Made by a program: the position numbers and the translations under genes
Notes under the pieces: generated by a model
What the model saw: only the letters and a program-made list of their open reading frames with translations
Database searches by the model: none
Told to the model about the DNA's origin: nothing
Part shown: positions 31,111-45,386 of the stretch, piece after piece
How the letters are laid out: every line of letters starts with the position of its first letter
How positions within the stretch are numbered: position 1 is the stretch's first letter
Assembly (NCBI GenBank): GCA_021432655.1
Contig: MU271398.1
Coordinates: 3,880-67,879 of the forward strand
Length of the DNA: 64,000 bases
Direction of reading: 5' to 3'
DNA from: Atractiella rhizophila
Taxonomy: Eukaryota

Positions 31111-33304
31111 ATGCCATTCCACAACCCATTCTTCATCGTATGGCAATGGTGGTACCTTTTCACCCAATATCTCGTGTCCCTCGTCTTTCAACCTCCAAAA
31201 CCTCCGCGAAACATCGATAAACGCAAAGAACGTGGCCATATTGCTGTCATTGGTGCAGGATTAACTGGAATTTCAAGCGCTGCGTGAGTCTCAGTCTACA
31301 TGCAGTTGGCGCGTCTCTCATATATATGTGTCACAGCCATTTCATTGCACACGGATTCGAAGTCACTATATTCGACGCTACATCAGTGAGAATTTTGAAT
31401 AATACCCGAGCGATTGCTCAAACAGTCGCGCAGGAAGTTGGAGGCATTTGGTCTCGCGTTAACTCCACATCGGCTCTACAGCTCAACTCCTTTCTATATC
31501 GTTTCTTCCCTAGTGGTGTGCCGTACATTCTGCTACATTTACACTGAGTTTTAATATGGGTATCACAGTGAAGTGGCGGTGAGCTTTTTTTTTGGCAATG
31601 CGCAAGTAGCTGATCTAGCAACTCAGCGAGACCTATCCTGCGCGGGATGAGATACTCTCCCAAATGAGGGCTATTTGGAAGGGGTATGACCTCGAATCGA
31701 GAACCATGCTGAATGTAAGATATTTCCTATTCAACACAGCGCAACTATTAAAGTATTACTACAGTCCCGTGTTACCAAGGTTCTGCGTCACAACTCATCG
31801 ACCTCTCCTGATGAACGTGGTCATGCCAACTGGCTCGTCTATGTCAACGACTCGAATACTCCAGTCCCGACAGTATTCGACGCGCTTTGCGTGACCGTGG
31901 GGACTTGCGGCGATCCAAACATGATCAAGATGCCTGGACAAGACAAATTTTCCGGGAAAATAGTGCATTCGAGCGAACTCGACAAATTGGAAAAGGATGA
32001 ATTCAAAGGGAAGAGTATTGTCATAGTTGGCGGAGGGGCCAGTGCAGTGGAAGCGGCCGGTTCATACCTTTCTTCATTTCCATAAGAGGAAGCTGAGGGA
32101 AAACTGTAGAAACTGCCATCTCGAAAGGGGCAGACAAGACTGTCTCTGTGGTTGCAAGGGACGACAAGTGGATCATCCCTAGGAATTTTGTCATAGACAC
32201 TCTGCTGGCTTTGGAGCCTTTTGGAAGAGAGACACCGTTCGCTCGGGTTCCTGAATTCCTCATTCGCAAGCTCCACTACCGTGGCCTGGCGGACCTCTCA
32301 CCTATTGACAGGGGAATATTTTTTGGGACGCCTGTAAGCACTGTGCCCTAACACCAGTCAGGATCTGATAAGTGTTATAGATTGTAAATAACGCGTTTTT
32401 ATCGCATATTCGAAAGGGGAACATTAAGTACTATCGTGGAGATGTGCGTTGTGCCTGGCATCTTTCTGCTCTCGCTGATGTTATGTTGAGTAGCTCAAAA
32501 AAATTGACGGATCGAAGGCAATCATCAATCAACGCGCACGGGGTACTAAACCAGGAGACGATCCGATCGACACCGTAGATCTCGATGCCGATATCGTCGT
32601 CCTTGCAACAGGGTATGTATCGTTCAACGTTATCATCGTTGCTCACCCGTACTTTGAACGCAGCTTCAAGCGTCCTTCTGTCGATTTTCTGCCAAAGGAT
32701 CTCTTCCCTTCTTCAGTTCAAGGAGACTACAAGCCACCAAATTTGTACATTCAAAACTTCAGCGTCGCCGAATGGAACGTCCTCAATACTAATTCTGCCT
32801 ACATGAATGCCATCGGGACTGTAGGCCACTTTCACATCGGTATCTATGCTAGGATACTCCTCGTCTTCTTGATGGATCCAGCAACAAGGCCCTTGCCAAA
32901 AGAGATGATGCTCTGGGTAGACTTTCTAAGGTGGTTCAAGTCATCTGCACCGGGAGGAGCACTCAGGTTCGTCTTTACGGTCTTTTCAAAGTGGAAAGGA
33001 AGAACTGAACAGATCCCTGCCACTTGTAGCTTCTTCACGTACATGGAGATGACTATATGGTTGACTGGCTTCCATTTCCTGAGGGCTGCAAGGCTGAAGT
33101 GGTTCGTCAAAGTGTTTGCGGCATTGATGTTGCTCATGTTCATGATAGGATCTTCTTCGTTCTCTTTGGCTGGGGAGTTGGGTGGCAAGAGGTTAGCAAG
33201 TTGGTAGGTCCCCCAATCGGCACACTGAGAAAACTGCTAAAGAACAACAACAGCCTGTTGATCGAAAAGTTCCTCAAGTGGACGACAGTCAAAACTCTCA
33301 TTAA
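31111..33304 (+). CDS. Flavin-containing monooxygenase-like (class B FMO) protein
   Basis: IAVIGAGLTGISSAA, VGGIWSRVN, FSGKIVHSSE, VIVGGGASAVEA and DIVVLATG motifs; many introns; 3' end approximate. Confidence 0.88.
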
Positions 33305-33479
33305 GTTTGGACCACTAAGCACGCATCTAACTGGATTCAGTAGGTTCAAAATGGACTCAATAGTTTGGTACCAAATACCCATGGACAACTTCAGACTAAC
33401 GGAAAGAAACCCACATTTATTATCTGTTGATATCTTACAAGCCGTTCTAAGTACATATACACAATGATTCCTTGTTTCC

Positions 33480-35374
33480 TTATTCTGAAATGAAAGTCGC
33501 CTCGTTGAATAGCAAACCTTTAACCTGTTTCGTCTCTCCACCGATTGTCAGCGTGGCTTCAACGGGATTGAAGGTCTGCAAGCCAAAACAGTTAGGTCAG
33601 TCTCATCCATCCTGAAAAACTTAATAGCCAAGAAAGAAACTGTACCTGATAGATGTACGGCTTCGTTCCAGCCTATCCATGAATTTAATACTATGAACTC
33701 AGAGAGAGTATGAGGGAAGACGCACAGCGTAAGCGACCGCCTTCTTGATAAGATACGGGATCTCCGCCATCACATCTACCTTCTCGATCAAACCATTCGG
33801 TTCATACTTGGTTGCAGGGCCATCAAGCAGTTGGAGTTTGAGTTCCGCCGACGCCTTCTCATCCTTCCAGTTCCAGACAATCCTTCCTGGCGCTTTATAG
33901 CCCGTATCCTCATCAACAATGCCGTCTTCGTGCTTGCAAGTACTCTCATCCGCCTCCCCTCCAGTTACGGCCACCAGTTTATCGTTGTGCACTATGCTGC
34001 CCACATTGATGGTCTTAGTTCCATAGTCGGAAGTGGTGGTGAATTCCATCTGGGTGAGAGCGGTGCCGTCTTCTCCTTGGAAGTTACAGAAATTCCAGCG
34101 AGCGGCGACGAGATTCGGTCTCATTCCTTGGATCGCATGGATGAAGATTCCCCTGCTTTCTTCCATCTCCACACGCTCCATCCCAATCTTCGTCTCCCCC
34201 TTAATTTCACATCGCGGCCAGAACCGATGAACAACGTATCCATGTCCTCCAGCCTTAGTATCCGGTTCCTCTCCAGTTGGCACAGGGTCCTCAGAGAGTG
34301 GACCAAAGTAGGTCATACCTCCTCTCGGTCCGCTCCCAAACTTCCATCCTTCAGTCAAGCGCTTGACGGTCCAGGAGATGGACACCTCAGCGTCATACTT
34401 CCCTGTGATGGTATATGTATCCGGGGAAGACGGATCAACAGTGATGGTGAACTGATCAGAGCTGCAGGATCTCTTGTCTGCTCCCTCCGCGCCAATGGCG
34501 AAGTTCGTCACGTTGATGGACTTCCAGATTGTGCGGCCGCCTGGTTTGTGATAGCGGAAGGTGAACTGGATTTGCGGGTACCATAACCTGGAGAAGGGTA
34601 TTAGCGTCACTACATTCACAAAATTGATGCAGATGAAAAATATTCATAAAACTGGGTTCTAGAGGTGAAGTACCAATCGAAGATCTAAGGGCGTGAGAGA
34701 AGCCGAAACGCTCGTCTTTGCTTTGCGGTTAGACAGCTGAAGGCAACAGTTCTTGAACGAGTTACAATCCAATACTATTCAGTGCGACCATTGTTGAAGA
34801 TTCTGTATAAGCTTATACAGGATATAGAACCTGCATATCGATAACTGTTCGATGGTGGCATCCTGACGCTCATTGAAGCACATGCTATGGCCCAAAGCAC
34901 AACGAGTTCCCAATGAAAGGCCTTTTGGCTATGATTGAGTTCTCGTGACAGGCTAACCCGCAGCTAGCGGAACGAAGAGCGTAGCTTCGCATCACATCTT
35001 TTATTATTCCGTTTCAAAGTCATCGCAACTCTTCATCAGCTAATTGGGCTTCAATCATGCCACGTTATAGAAGCCATCTCTCGCGATGGAGTGAGCGATC
35101 GACATCCTTCCCTCTCTCCTAACTTATAGTGAATATGAATGAAGACAACTCACCCAACACTCGAATGAATAACTTGTGCCATCAACAATGCTCCATCCTT
35201 AGTCGTAGCATACCACACCTGAGTCTCGGCAATAAAACCACTCGTGATCGCCTGCCACTCTGTGTCCCTCGTCGTGAGCGCGCCAGCCTTCTCCCCTCCA
35301 GCGATTCGAGAAGAAGCAGTGCATGGGTGGAGCGTAGGGCCGTCAGCGGGAGCAGAGGAGAAAAGCCAGGACAT
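33480..35374 (-). CDS. SVF1: Survival factor 1 (Svf1 family)
   Basis: ETQVWY, AQVIHSSVGLWYPQIQFTF, HRFWPR, HAIQGMRPNLVAARWNF, EKVDVMAEIP, GTKPYIYQ, ending EATFISE*. Confidence 0.93.
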
Positions 35375-35510
35375 GTTGCTTGAATTGATGTGATGCAGAA
35401 GGAAGGATGGTTTGGTGTTAGTTCAGGTAAGAACTGGGTAAGAACTGGGTTGGCGCATCCGAGTTATGTGCACGAAGGCCACCAAAACAATCGAAGAATC
35501 GTATTGAGCA

Positions 35511-37698
35511 ATGAACCAACCATCTTTCTTGCTTTTGCAAGCTACCCCGCCATCTCTGACTCTTCACAGCCTAACGAACGGTCAGACGCTAAAAAACTAC
35601 AAGCTTCCAAACACTTTTTCAGTGACAAATGGAAGTACGACTGCATTCGATGTTCGGGATGGAAAGGTGATAGTAGTCGGTGGGAAAGAAGGCAAAGGAC
35701 CAGTTTGTACCTGGGGACTGGGAGAGGTGAGCTCATCTTATCTGCGGAAGAATGGAGCTTGTGGCTTGAAATGCAGTCGAAGGAGGAAAGAAAAACACGA
35801 TCTTTGACAATGGAGTCGAACTATTTTACCGCAAATAGACTTTCTTCTACGGTTTCATGTTCTATGCGTGTTTTGTTTGTCCAAAGAGAGAATGCGATGC
35901 GATTATTTTATGCATCCTGGATCTGTACAATCATTTTTCTCCTTTGAACACCAGATCGCGTACACCGGCTGTTTTGCCTCATTTTAAGCAATGCATAGTT
36001 GCATATATCTTTAGCTGTATACAATTATTTGAAATGTAGCCATTGGGTGAATTTATCGAGATCGATTTTGCGATGGCAAACGGTTTGCTTACCTGTCCAC
36101 ATTCTCACCTTAAGATGATGACCTGCTAATTTAAAAGAACAGGATGCATATATGATTTCACTTTTCCTTGAAGTTATTACTTGTTGGGATTGGGAACTAT
36201 CAGTAGCGAACATGAGCAAGCTGAACACACTGAACTTTGATGCTGTTTCGAAACATACATCTTATGAAACAGCATGAAAAGGCTAGGAGGTGTGGAATTA
36301 ACTCTATCGTATTTTCTAGCATTCCTGCTGTACTTGCTTTATGTGCGAGAAATACGCTGTTGCGGCTTGTGTTCAAATTGGAAGTTTTATTCACCTAGTC
36401 AACCATTCTTCTATAGGTTCATCCACTCTCGACACTACATCCTCCTACCCCTTTAACGGTACTCTCGCTTTCTCCATCACTCACCCATCTCATCGCAGGC
36501 ACGTCAGACGGACGCATCCTCCTCTACTCCTATCCATCCGGTCATCTACTCCGCACCATCTCGGCGCACTTCCGTAGTCTGACCGCTCTCCGTTGGACCG
36601 CCGCCGGCGAGGCTTTCGTGAGTGCGGCTGAGGATGGAGGTGTACGCGTGTGGGCAATAGGATCGTACGTCGTTGTAATTTTAGGGGAAGGAAGAAGGGC
36701 CGAAAAAAAAGAAAGGGAAAGTAAGGGTGTTGAAGAATGACATGCCGGAACCGTGGAATGAAGTCAATGCACATCGATTGCCAGTCACGGATCTGAAGGT
36801 CGGGAAAGGAGCTTTTCCACGGTCGAAAATGTGGAGCTGTTCCACTGATGGGGAAGTAAAGGTTTGTCTTTCATACTATGTTTCATTCGTTCCTACGGCT
36901 CATAGGAAATGCAAGTAGATGTGGAACTTGTCCACGATGCACCTGCTTACAACTTACACCTTCCAGCGCCACCCTATCAACCATATACTCATTGATCCTC
37001 TAGAGAGATTCTTTGTGGCTATAGGCGAGGAGAAAGGAGAGGAGGGCAAAGGAGGCTGGGTGAGACGCGTAGAAATTTCTCCCTCCCCTTCAACCGGGAG
37101 GCTAGACGATCTGCAAGACGGGACAAAAACAAACGTCTTCCGAACGAGGTATGATTCCATTCTGCCTGACAAAGATTTTGCTGAGCAGAAATAAAGGACT
37201 AAGGTATCTTCGGCTGAAATCTGCATGTCGATGCCATACATACTCATAACGACAATGCCACAAGAAAAGGAAAAGTCACCCGCGACGCTCCATGTGTTCC
37301 ACTACTCCATGCAGCCCGTCCGCACACAGTCCTTTGTCGACTGTTCAGACAACGTCCGCGTTCTCTCCGTCCTCGAAACGCCAATGGAGCTCATAAGCCG
37401 CGAGCCTCCACTGCGAGAAATGGGACGCGTCATTTCTTCGACGTCTTCGACGGAAGGGAACATATTGTTGATAGGAGGACTGGAACCCTGTGTAGACGTA
37501 GAGGCCGAACTCTTTCCTTGGGGAAATCCAGAGAAGCTCGGATCTGGGACGGGAGAGAAAGACAGGACGGGGAAAGAGCGAGAGGAGCTCGAAAGGCTGA
37601 GGTTGGAGAATGAGAGGTTGAGGGATCAGGCGAGGAGAGCTACGAGGTTGGCGGATGAGGTTTGGAAGCTTGGTGTCGAGGATGCGTTACATCGGTGA
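35511..37698 (+). CDS. IPI3: WD40 pre-rRNA processing protein Ipi3/WDR18 (Rix1 complex)
   Basis: LIAGTSDGRILLY..SGHLLRTISAHFRSLTAL...SAAEDGGVRVW, AHRLPVTDL and a C-terminal coiled coil (ELERLRLENERLR). Confidence 0.78.
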
Positions 37699-37887
37699 GG
37701 GTGTATGTGGTGATTAGACCGAAATGACATTGCGGACACAACATTCCTTACTGAAGATCCAAAATCAAACAGAAGCTAAAACCATAAGACATGGAAGAGA
37801 ATCAACGAAGCGGTTTCATAAATCACAATTTCACCTCTCAATCTGAGGTCACGTCGATTGCTCAGAGCAACCTCCTGTGTAGAGCTG

Positions 37888-39403
37888 TCAAGTGGCAGCC
37901 CAACCTCCCATCATCCCATACCCAGCAGCTGCCTGTCCATGATGAGTAGGCGTCCCAAAACCAACACCCTGTCCATGTCCTCCCACATTCTTCACGCTAA
38001 CTCCGCCAATGGACTGGGCCGCACTCACACGGTGATGTTGGGATGAAGATGGCGTTGCGTTCCCTCCTGAATTGGCGGAGACGGGTGCTCCAACAAAGAT
38101 GTCCTCTTCGTCTTCTCCGGATCCAAAGAGCATGGGATCCAGAGGAGCTTCCGCCCTTTTGGCTAGGTTAGTAAATCCTATCCATCGTTGTGAATTTCGA
38201 TTAGCTTGTGAAATAATGAGGATGGGTAGGAGGACGGACGGGAAAGAAGTTGTTTTTGGTCTTGGTTTTCCCTTTCTAGCTCCCTTATTCGTGCCTGTAA
38301 ATCGGTAATGAGCTGGATGAATTCCGCGCTGCTCGTCCCTGCTCCCTGATGGCAAAAGGAAATCAATCACAACACATGGGAAGGGCGACAACGAAGGCGA
38401 ACCTTTGACAATCGGTCGTTCTCGTCTTTTAGGAGCTTATTCATCTCCTTCAAGGTTTGAGACTCCGCTGCCGTTTTGATCAAGGCAGCAGAGCAATTCT
38501 TGGACAACTTCAACGCTTCGAGGAGGTGTTTCTGTGGCTCACGTCAGCAACTCCTCACAACGGAAAAGGGAAAGGGCCCACATCGATCCCCACGCTCATC
38601 GCCAGTGGATTATTCGATACGCTGCCGTATAACCCCTGTCCCATACTTCCCATACTTCCACCCCCGGCACCCGGACCATTGCCTAACCCTGCTACGGCCA
38701 CACCAATGTTGACATCAGGCTCGTCCATCCTCCTCCTCTTCTTCCCTCGCTGTCCAACCGGCTGTCCATTCGCGTTAACCGTCTCCAGCCCAGCATTGGA
38801 TAGGTCGATGCTGTCCTCTTCCCCGATCGCAGCGGAGCCTTCCGTGATTTGTCCCTTCTTTAACGCTCGTTGTTGCTTCTTCGCAGCTCGAGATAGTTCG
38901 CAGGTTCGGTTGAGCCCGTTCGGGGTGGACCCGAATGATTCGACGGGATGGTAAGCTCGATGGTTTGAGCAGTATGCGAATCCTTTCCCCAAATTGGCAC
39001 GGGTAAACAAATGCTGTTTCTCGCATGACTTGGAAGGATGATAGCAACACACCAGGTTGTGCGCGTGCCATGTAGTCCTGCATCCCATCAATAGCGCAGA
39101 ACACTCAACATGACAAGCCCGGAAATTCCAACAAGGCAAACGGACCTCATAAGTCTTCTTACTCGCTCTATCGTCCTGACTAACAGGAATATGTTGCGGC
39201 TGTTGACCCCCGCCTACGCTTCCACCCAGTCCATGAGCCACCGAAATATTCTCGTCGAACTTCTGCTGCTGCTGGCCCTGTTGCTGTATCGGGGGCGTGT
39301 TGACTGGAGTGTTGACGCTAACGTTGACATTATGGGGATGCACGGGGATGGAAGGGCTCGAGTGTATGCTCAGCTGCGAGGGCTGTATCGTCGTCGCGCT
39401 CAT
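37888..39403 (-). CDS. Hypothetical protein, C-x2-H-x3-H...C motif plus basic tract and leucine zipper (paralogue A)
   Basis: Spliced YEDYMARAQPGFAYCSNHRAYHPVESFG...RTCELSRAAKKQ; NLS-like RGKKRRR; zipper FIQLITDLQARIRELERENQ. Confidence 0.72.
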
Positions 39404-39568
39404 CCTCACGGCAAGCAAGGGAGTCCGATGGTCGACGGGCAGGCAGGGAGATGGCGGATCGCGGATGGGTGCGGTTCTTCTTCAGGGCAGGATGCGGCCG
39501 ACAGCCCTCCGAAACTCAAAATCCACCACAACAATATGGTTATGCATGTGACGGATGGATTGCACGAA

Positions 39569-41547
39569 TTATCGTCTCCAAGAAATCCAAACCTCCTCCA
39601 CGTCCTTCAATCCCTTCTTCAAAAGCACCTCCACCTTCTCCTGCACATCCAACAACTTCTCCCCATTCGTCGTCGGGGGTTCGATGGCAACAAACACGCG
39701 GATCGTCCCTCCATGCTTCAACAACCGCGTCTCTTTCACGCTCAGCGTGCGACCGGGGAGACCTTCAAATCTAACGATGAGATGGCCTGGGAGACGGCGG
39801 ATAGCAGGGTGGGGTCGGTGGCGTAGTCGAGGAGTTGGAGGAGGCTTTCAGATGCCAGCTCGTACGATTGATGTAGTATCATCGCTTCCACCTCTCTGTC
39901 AACCTGTCGTGCATGGAAATGAAGAAATGACTTTACCTGCAACTACGATGCCGCCCAGCGGATCAAGCATTTTATATCCCACTGCCGAGCCGACCTAAAG
40001 ACATCCATATTTCTTCTACCTCTTTCGAAGACGACGACGAAAGAGAACATACGATGGCTATGAGAGCGACTACGGAAGACATAGCATCGCTCCTATGATG
40101 TAGCGCGCTCGCCATGAGTAAATCGCTCTTCTGCTCAATCGCCACTCTCGCCGCTACCACCCACACGAAGCCCTCCATATTCGTCCTTCATTCAGGTGCG
40201 AGGAAGCGGACGCACTCACTCCGCTGGTACAACCACTCTTTAACCAATATCCCAAACACGGCAAACAACGCCGCACGAGCGTCCACCTCTTCCTCTTCTC
40301 CCTCCGATGAGCCGTGGGAATGGAATAGGGAGGAGAAGGGAAGCGAGCTTGGGAGGGAGGGTGAGAGGAGCGTTAGGGAGTGCAGTCCGATCCCTAGCCC
40401 GCCGGAGAGGAGGAGGAAGGAGACGAGGAGTGTTCCGATCGGCTCGAACTTTCCTGTGCACGTCCCCATCCCATTTCCATTTGTTGAGTGGACTATACAT
40501 GGACTGAATAAAGAAATTGGTTTGAAAACTAATATGAAAGGAGAATTCGTGGATTTAGCTTTGACACGTATTCCTTATATATTGCGGGTTTGTTGACATG
40601 CGAACGCGCTGTAAAAAGAAATAGTTTTGCATTGCGTTTGAGGAGCAGAAGCGATTACTAAATAGCACTCCAAAAGGTGTGAGATATCTGCATTGGTCCT
40701 ACAGCTGTTGTACAACCAAAGAACGGACAGGTGAGATATTCACGAGGGTCTGGTATGGCTGTCGTCCGGACCGTCCAATCATGAAGCAGTAGAACGATGA
40801 GAAGAAAGCGAATTCGTGATCAATGGATATCGTTGACTCAAGAGCCATTCAACGAAATAGCTATCCATTTCGGACAGGGGAATTCTCAGTGTCGTGTTCT
40901 CCTTCACACTCTCGCTTTCGGGGAAAGAGTAAGGGCTCTGTTTAAGGTGCCTCCCTCCTCGTCTACTTGACGTACACGAAAGATCATACGCAACAAGATA
41001 GCGAGCACGCAAAACCCAATAGGAAGGCAAAGTGGACAGGAGAGCGCAAGTCGTGTAGAAATGGACTCTTCATTTATGACGCAAAGGACCATTAGTCGTT
41101 CTATAAACCAAGCACTTCTCGTCTCCATTCTAAGACGATTCAGCAACTCCACTTCCACGCGACGCTCTCCAGCGACAGCCTTCTCTTCTAGTTCTAGTAA
41201 TCCAAAGCACAACAACTTCTCCTCATCCACACTCCCACGTGGAACTTCAAAGGACGAAAAAAAGCAAGCATACCTTTTCCCCATGACCATCTCTTCGCTC
41301 CCTCACTTGCATCTACCTTTCCAGATGGTGCCGACACCCACAAGAAACCGACGGTGACACCATCAGCGACCAAGTCCGTGGCGCTGTGTGCTGCGTCCGC
41401 TATCAGGGAGGTGGAGTTGAGGAGGTACCCGCCTGCGAGTTTGGCGACTGTGAGGAAGACGTTGGTGAAGAGACCTAGGAGCGCGGAGGTTGTGGATGCG
41501 CTGGAAGCGTGGGAGTGGGAGTGTGCATGGGAATGAGTATGCGACAT
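39569..41547 (-). CDS. Cation diffusion facilitator, Mmt1/Mmt2-like metal transporter
   Basis: His-rich N-terminus HTHSHAHSHSH, SLIADAAHSATD, GKGKFE, KEWLY, LMASALHHRSDAMSS and C-terminal dimerisation domain. Confidence 0.87.
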
Positions 41548-41747
41548 TGCGAGCGTGCTCCTTTGCTAAGGAAGTGAAAGGGCAAGGGAAAGAAGGTGGT
41601 CGTAAGAGTAGACTCAAAACCTGCGAGATGTAGACGCGCCGCAGACGCAAAGCGACCAACAGTCATAAATTGACAACATACTTTACACTTCCACCGTAAT
41701 ATCCAGCTGCGATTTGAGTAGCGCCATCTGCGTCTAGGCGAAGCAGC

Positions 41748-44700
41748 ATGCAATCCCCCGCCGCGGTCTCTCCCACCTCACCTGCTTTCCCACACCCACA
41801 CCCACACCCCCACGAGCACGCCTACTCCGAGTCTGCCACCCCAAAGCAGTCCTTGGACCAGCAGCCCTTCTCTGATGCGCCGTTCGCACAAGCACCTGCT
41901 GATGGAACAGTGGGAAGCAATCTGATCAGTGGCGCTCTGAGGGAAGGGGAGAAGGAAGTCGTCCTCCCAACTGTTACTATTACTTTTGAGGGGAGGACTG
42001 TCAAGGCTAGGATCGATAAAGGGGTATGTCTTTCTCTTTCTATTGAAATGCGAAATAGAGCAGGGAGGACGCGCTGGGTGATGGGAAAGTCGTTTATTGA
42101 GTAGACGTAGCCTGAACCCATTGCTTCTTTAATGCATTCAGAAAGGAGTAGTGTCTTTCACGGAGACGTCTTCTGCACATAGCTTGCGTCCCTTCAGCCT
42201 TCTTTCCGTCATATTGGATGTGAATGTGCATGACCTTCAGGCTGCCCTGATTCATTATAGTCGAAAAGAATTGATCAAGTAACTGAAGTCATGCATAGGT
42301 ACCGCTCGTAGAAATCATCCGTCAGCTATGTACATCACCCACCCTAGCGGTGAAAGACCCGCCATCCATGTTCTGTCTCCGAGATGCACTCACGAACGAG
42401 CTCATCACGCCGTCCACTCTCCCACGAAAACTAGAAGCGCGGACCAACTTCCGCCTGACCTCCTCGCCCTCCATCGACGCCGCCGACTTCTCCTCCCGGC
42501 TCCGTCTGGGCCTATCGTCAGGCAAGTCTGGCGAAGCGGAAGTGAAAAAGAGCTTGTTTCAACTCAAGAACTTGCTTCGAGAGATGGAGTTCTCCAAACA
42601 CTTTTTGGAAAGGGACGGGTTGAAGGAACTCGTCAAGGTTGTGAGAGTGGCGAGTGGGAACACGCTCGCGTACGCGTTGACGTGTGCGCAGAATTTGTTG
42701 GAGTTGGAGATTGGACAGGGGAGGAAGGGGAAGGGAGTGGCGAGCGAGGATTCGGAGTGGGATGGAGAGTTGAATTGGGATGGATGGGAGAAGGATGGTG
42801 TCGATGAAGACTTTGTCAAGAGGATCGTCCAAATTCTAGTCGACCAAACTCTCGTCAATATCTGTAGACCTGCGACGGCAATCATTCGGTTCTTCGTCAC
42901 TGAATACGGCAAATCTTTGGAAGAGGACTCCTACACTATTCCATCGAGGTTCAGTCCACCTATTGTCGAGATTTATCCAATGTTGAGAGCTCAGAAAGGA
43001 TTCTTCAAAACTCTCGTCACGAGGTTGAACCATCAGGGAGGAGGAGACAACATGCTCATCAACTCCAGTCTCGGTCTCCTCACCAGCCTCATTCGTTTTG
43101 CGGTTGGAAGAGGGGAATTGGGGTTGGGGAAGGAAGACGATGAGGGTGAGAATGGTGATGGACGCGGGGAAGGACTTATGGATGAGTTGGAGAGATTGGA
43201 AGTAGGCAAGGCAGTCGTAGTGCGTTTATTTCTCCTTACAGTCTCCATGGTACCTAACAATCACGCTAAAGCGTTTGATGGAATCTCACGCTTCAGACGA
43301 TGTCACCCCTTCCATTCTGCAGTTCCAAGCCGCTATCATCTTGCATTACCACAACCTCATGCGAACCGCTGTCAGTCCCGACGACCCTGTCCAATCGTCC
43401 ATCCTGGAGATGGTATACGCGAAAGCGAAGCTGGCAGAGCTCACCGACTTGGACATTGAAGAGAGCAAGAAATGGAAAGCGATAGGATTTCAGATGAACA
43501 ACCCCTGGTGGGAGTTCGATCGCGTCGGAGTCCTGGGACTGAAGACCATGAAAATGTTTGCGGTCGGCCACCAAGAAGATTATGTCAAGGTAAGTTGCCC
43601 TCTTATCCGCTACAAGATTTTCCTCTCACTGTCGGATGAAACGCATCGAATAGTTGGTCCTTGAGCAAGTCAATAGAGCAGAGGATCGACGATGTCCATT
43701 CGCCAAGGCATGCATAGAAGTCATTGAAATTTTGGCGGAGCTGTTCGACTTCAACACTGGCGTATCGCAGATGCCTACATCCTTTCTCCCCTTCACACTA
43801 TCGTTTTGGCGCGTTCACGCCCTGGCTCTAAAATTTGTTCGTCAACCGCCCAACCGTTTCCTGTCACTGACCCCGAGATTGGATAGTTCTTTAGAATGTG
43901 GGCCGAAAGCGGATCGACTGATAAAGACTTTGCGAGAGTGTCTAATCTCGTTCGCAGTCAAGTGTATTCAACTTTCGGCGCGCAAGTCCAGAAGACTTGG
44001 TATGAGGTAGAAAGCGAATTTCAAGAAAGTGAATATCGAGTGGTGAGGGACCGACAGATTCGAGAACTGGAAATCGAGGACGAATTATTAAGCAAAGCTC
44101 CTGTGAGGTAAGTACCTCCCATTCGAATGATATCCAACTGACAAAGCCCAGAAACCTACGGGGCCGCCTGTACCGAGAATCCTTCGAGTTCATCAGAGCT
44201 CAACGCATCAACTGCTTACACGAAGGCGCTTGGTTTCTCACCACCTCCCCCACCACGCAACTCCATCCCAACATGCGGGACAAAGATGGAAGGAAAGGGT
44301 CACTGGCACCCGTCCGCGTCTTCCGCTTCTACAGGTTGGCTGCCAACAAGAAATTCCTTCATTTCGTGGAAAGCACTGAGAGGGTACCCATCCGCGGCGG
44401 CTTGGATGACCTTCCAGAGAAGAGTGAGCGATTGATCGCTGCCCTTAGTCTTTCATTTCTGACTGTGCATTCAGTCGACATCGCCCAGATTCTTGATGTT
44501 GTGCCGAACTCAATCCCGCCAGCAGACAGCCAACGTACTCCCCGCGCTCGTGGCTTCTCCCTTAATGCTGCTCCAAACCAAACAAATCTACTGGGTTCAC
44601 AACCGAATAACCGATTGAGTACCTTCTCCGTTTCATCCGAGTCGGTCGCCTCGTCTGGAGGCAACCTGAGCTTCAACCTCCTCTCGTCTGAAGGCGTTAT

Positions 44701-45004
44701 CGCCACCATGCACGCTTTAGACTCTTTCACCTACAGCGAATGGATCGATGGTCTCAGTCTGCTGAAGAAGGACGGAAATGGTCATATCATTACGAAGGAG
44801 AGCGCTGATCTTGTGCATATTTTGACGGAAATCGGTGTGAAGATGAAGCTATTAGATTTGAGGTTAGTCCCCTACGTCATCTAAGAACAATGTTACGCTA
44901 ACGCTGACCGTGGAATTAGTGGTGAGAAAGTAGAAATACCGGCGCAATTGCCAGTACCTTCCGTACCTCTGTCGTGCGACTTCTACTATGCTGATACCCC
45001 TTAA
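41748..45004 (+). CDS. ELMO/CED-12 domain plus PH-domain protein (fungal Elmo)
   Basis: GNTLAYAL, KWKAIGFQ..NPWWEFDRVGVLGL, RCPFAKA, QRINCLHEGAWF and WIDGLSLL...KLLDL motifs. Confidence 0.9.
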
Positions 45005-45386
45005 AAGTATCCAAAAATATTTATAGCTCAATACTGGCTGATCCCACTCGGCGCAATTTATCAATGCAAAGTGGGTGATCATTAGGATGTGATCTGAATA
45101 TGTACATTTTCTGCCCAATGACAAGTGACTGCTGTCACAGACGTAATCATGGAGCAGTGTAGAGCAGTGGTAAAGCTGAGCGTGTTTCGGAGAAAGGAAG
45201 AGCCAAGAGCATGAAGTTATTGGGAAGATGCTACACCAATCAGTGGAAGGTTACAGGAAGGTCGAATCCACTACTCAAGAAGATTCCTGTCAACGAAAGG
45301 ATAGAATGCGTACCGCAATGACGCGGAGCTGAAGCTGGTAAAGGCTAACAGAAAATAAGTTATGGATATTGGAGCTTTGTTCAAGT

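Noticed and set aside
40715..40770. Faint 5S rRNA-like string on the minus strand (acagccatacc...gtccgttct)
   Set aside because: Needs several gaps and lacks the 3' half and internal control boxes; probably chance.
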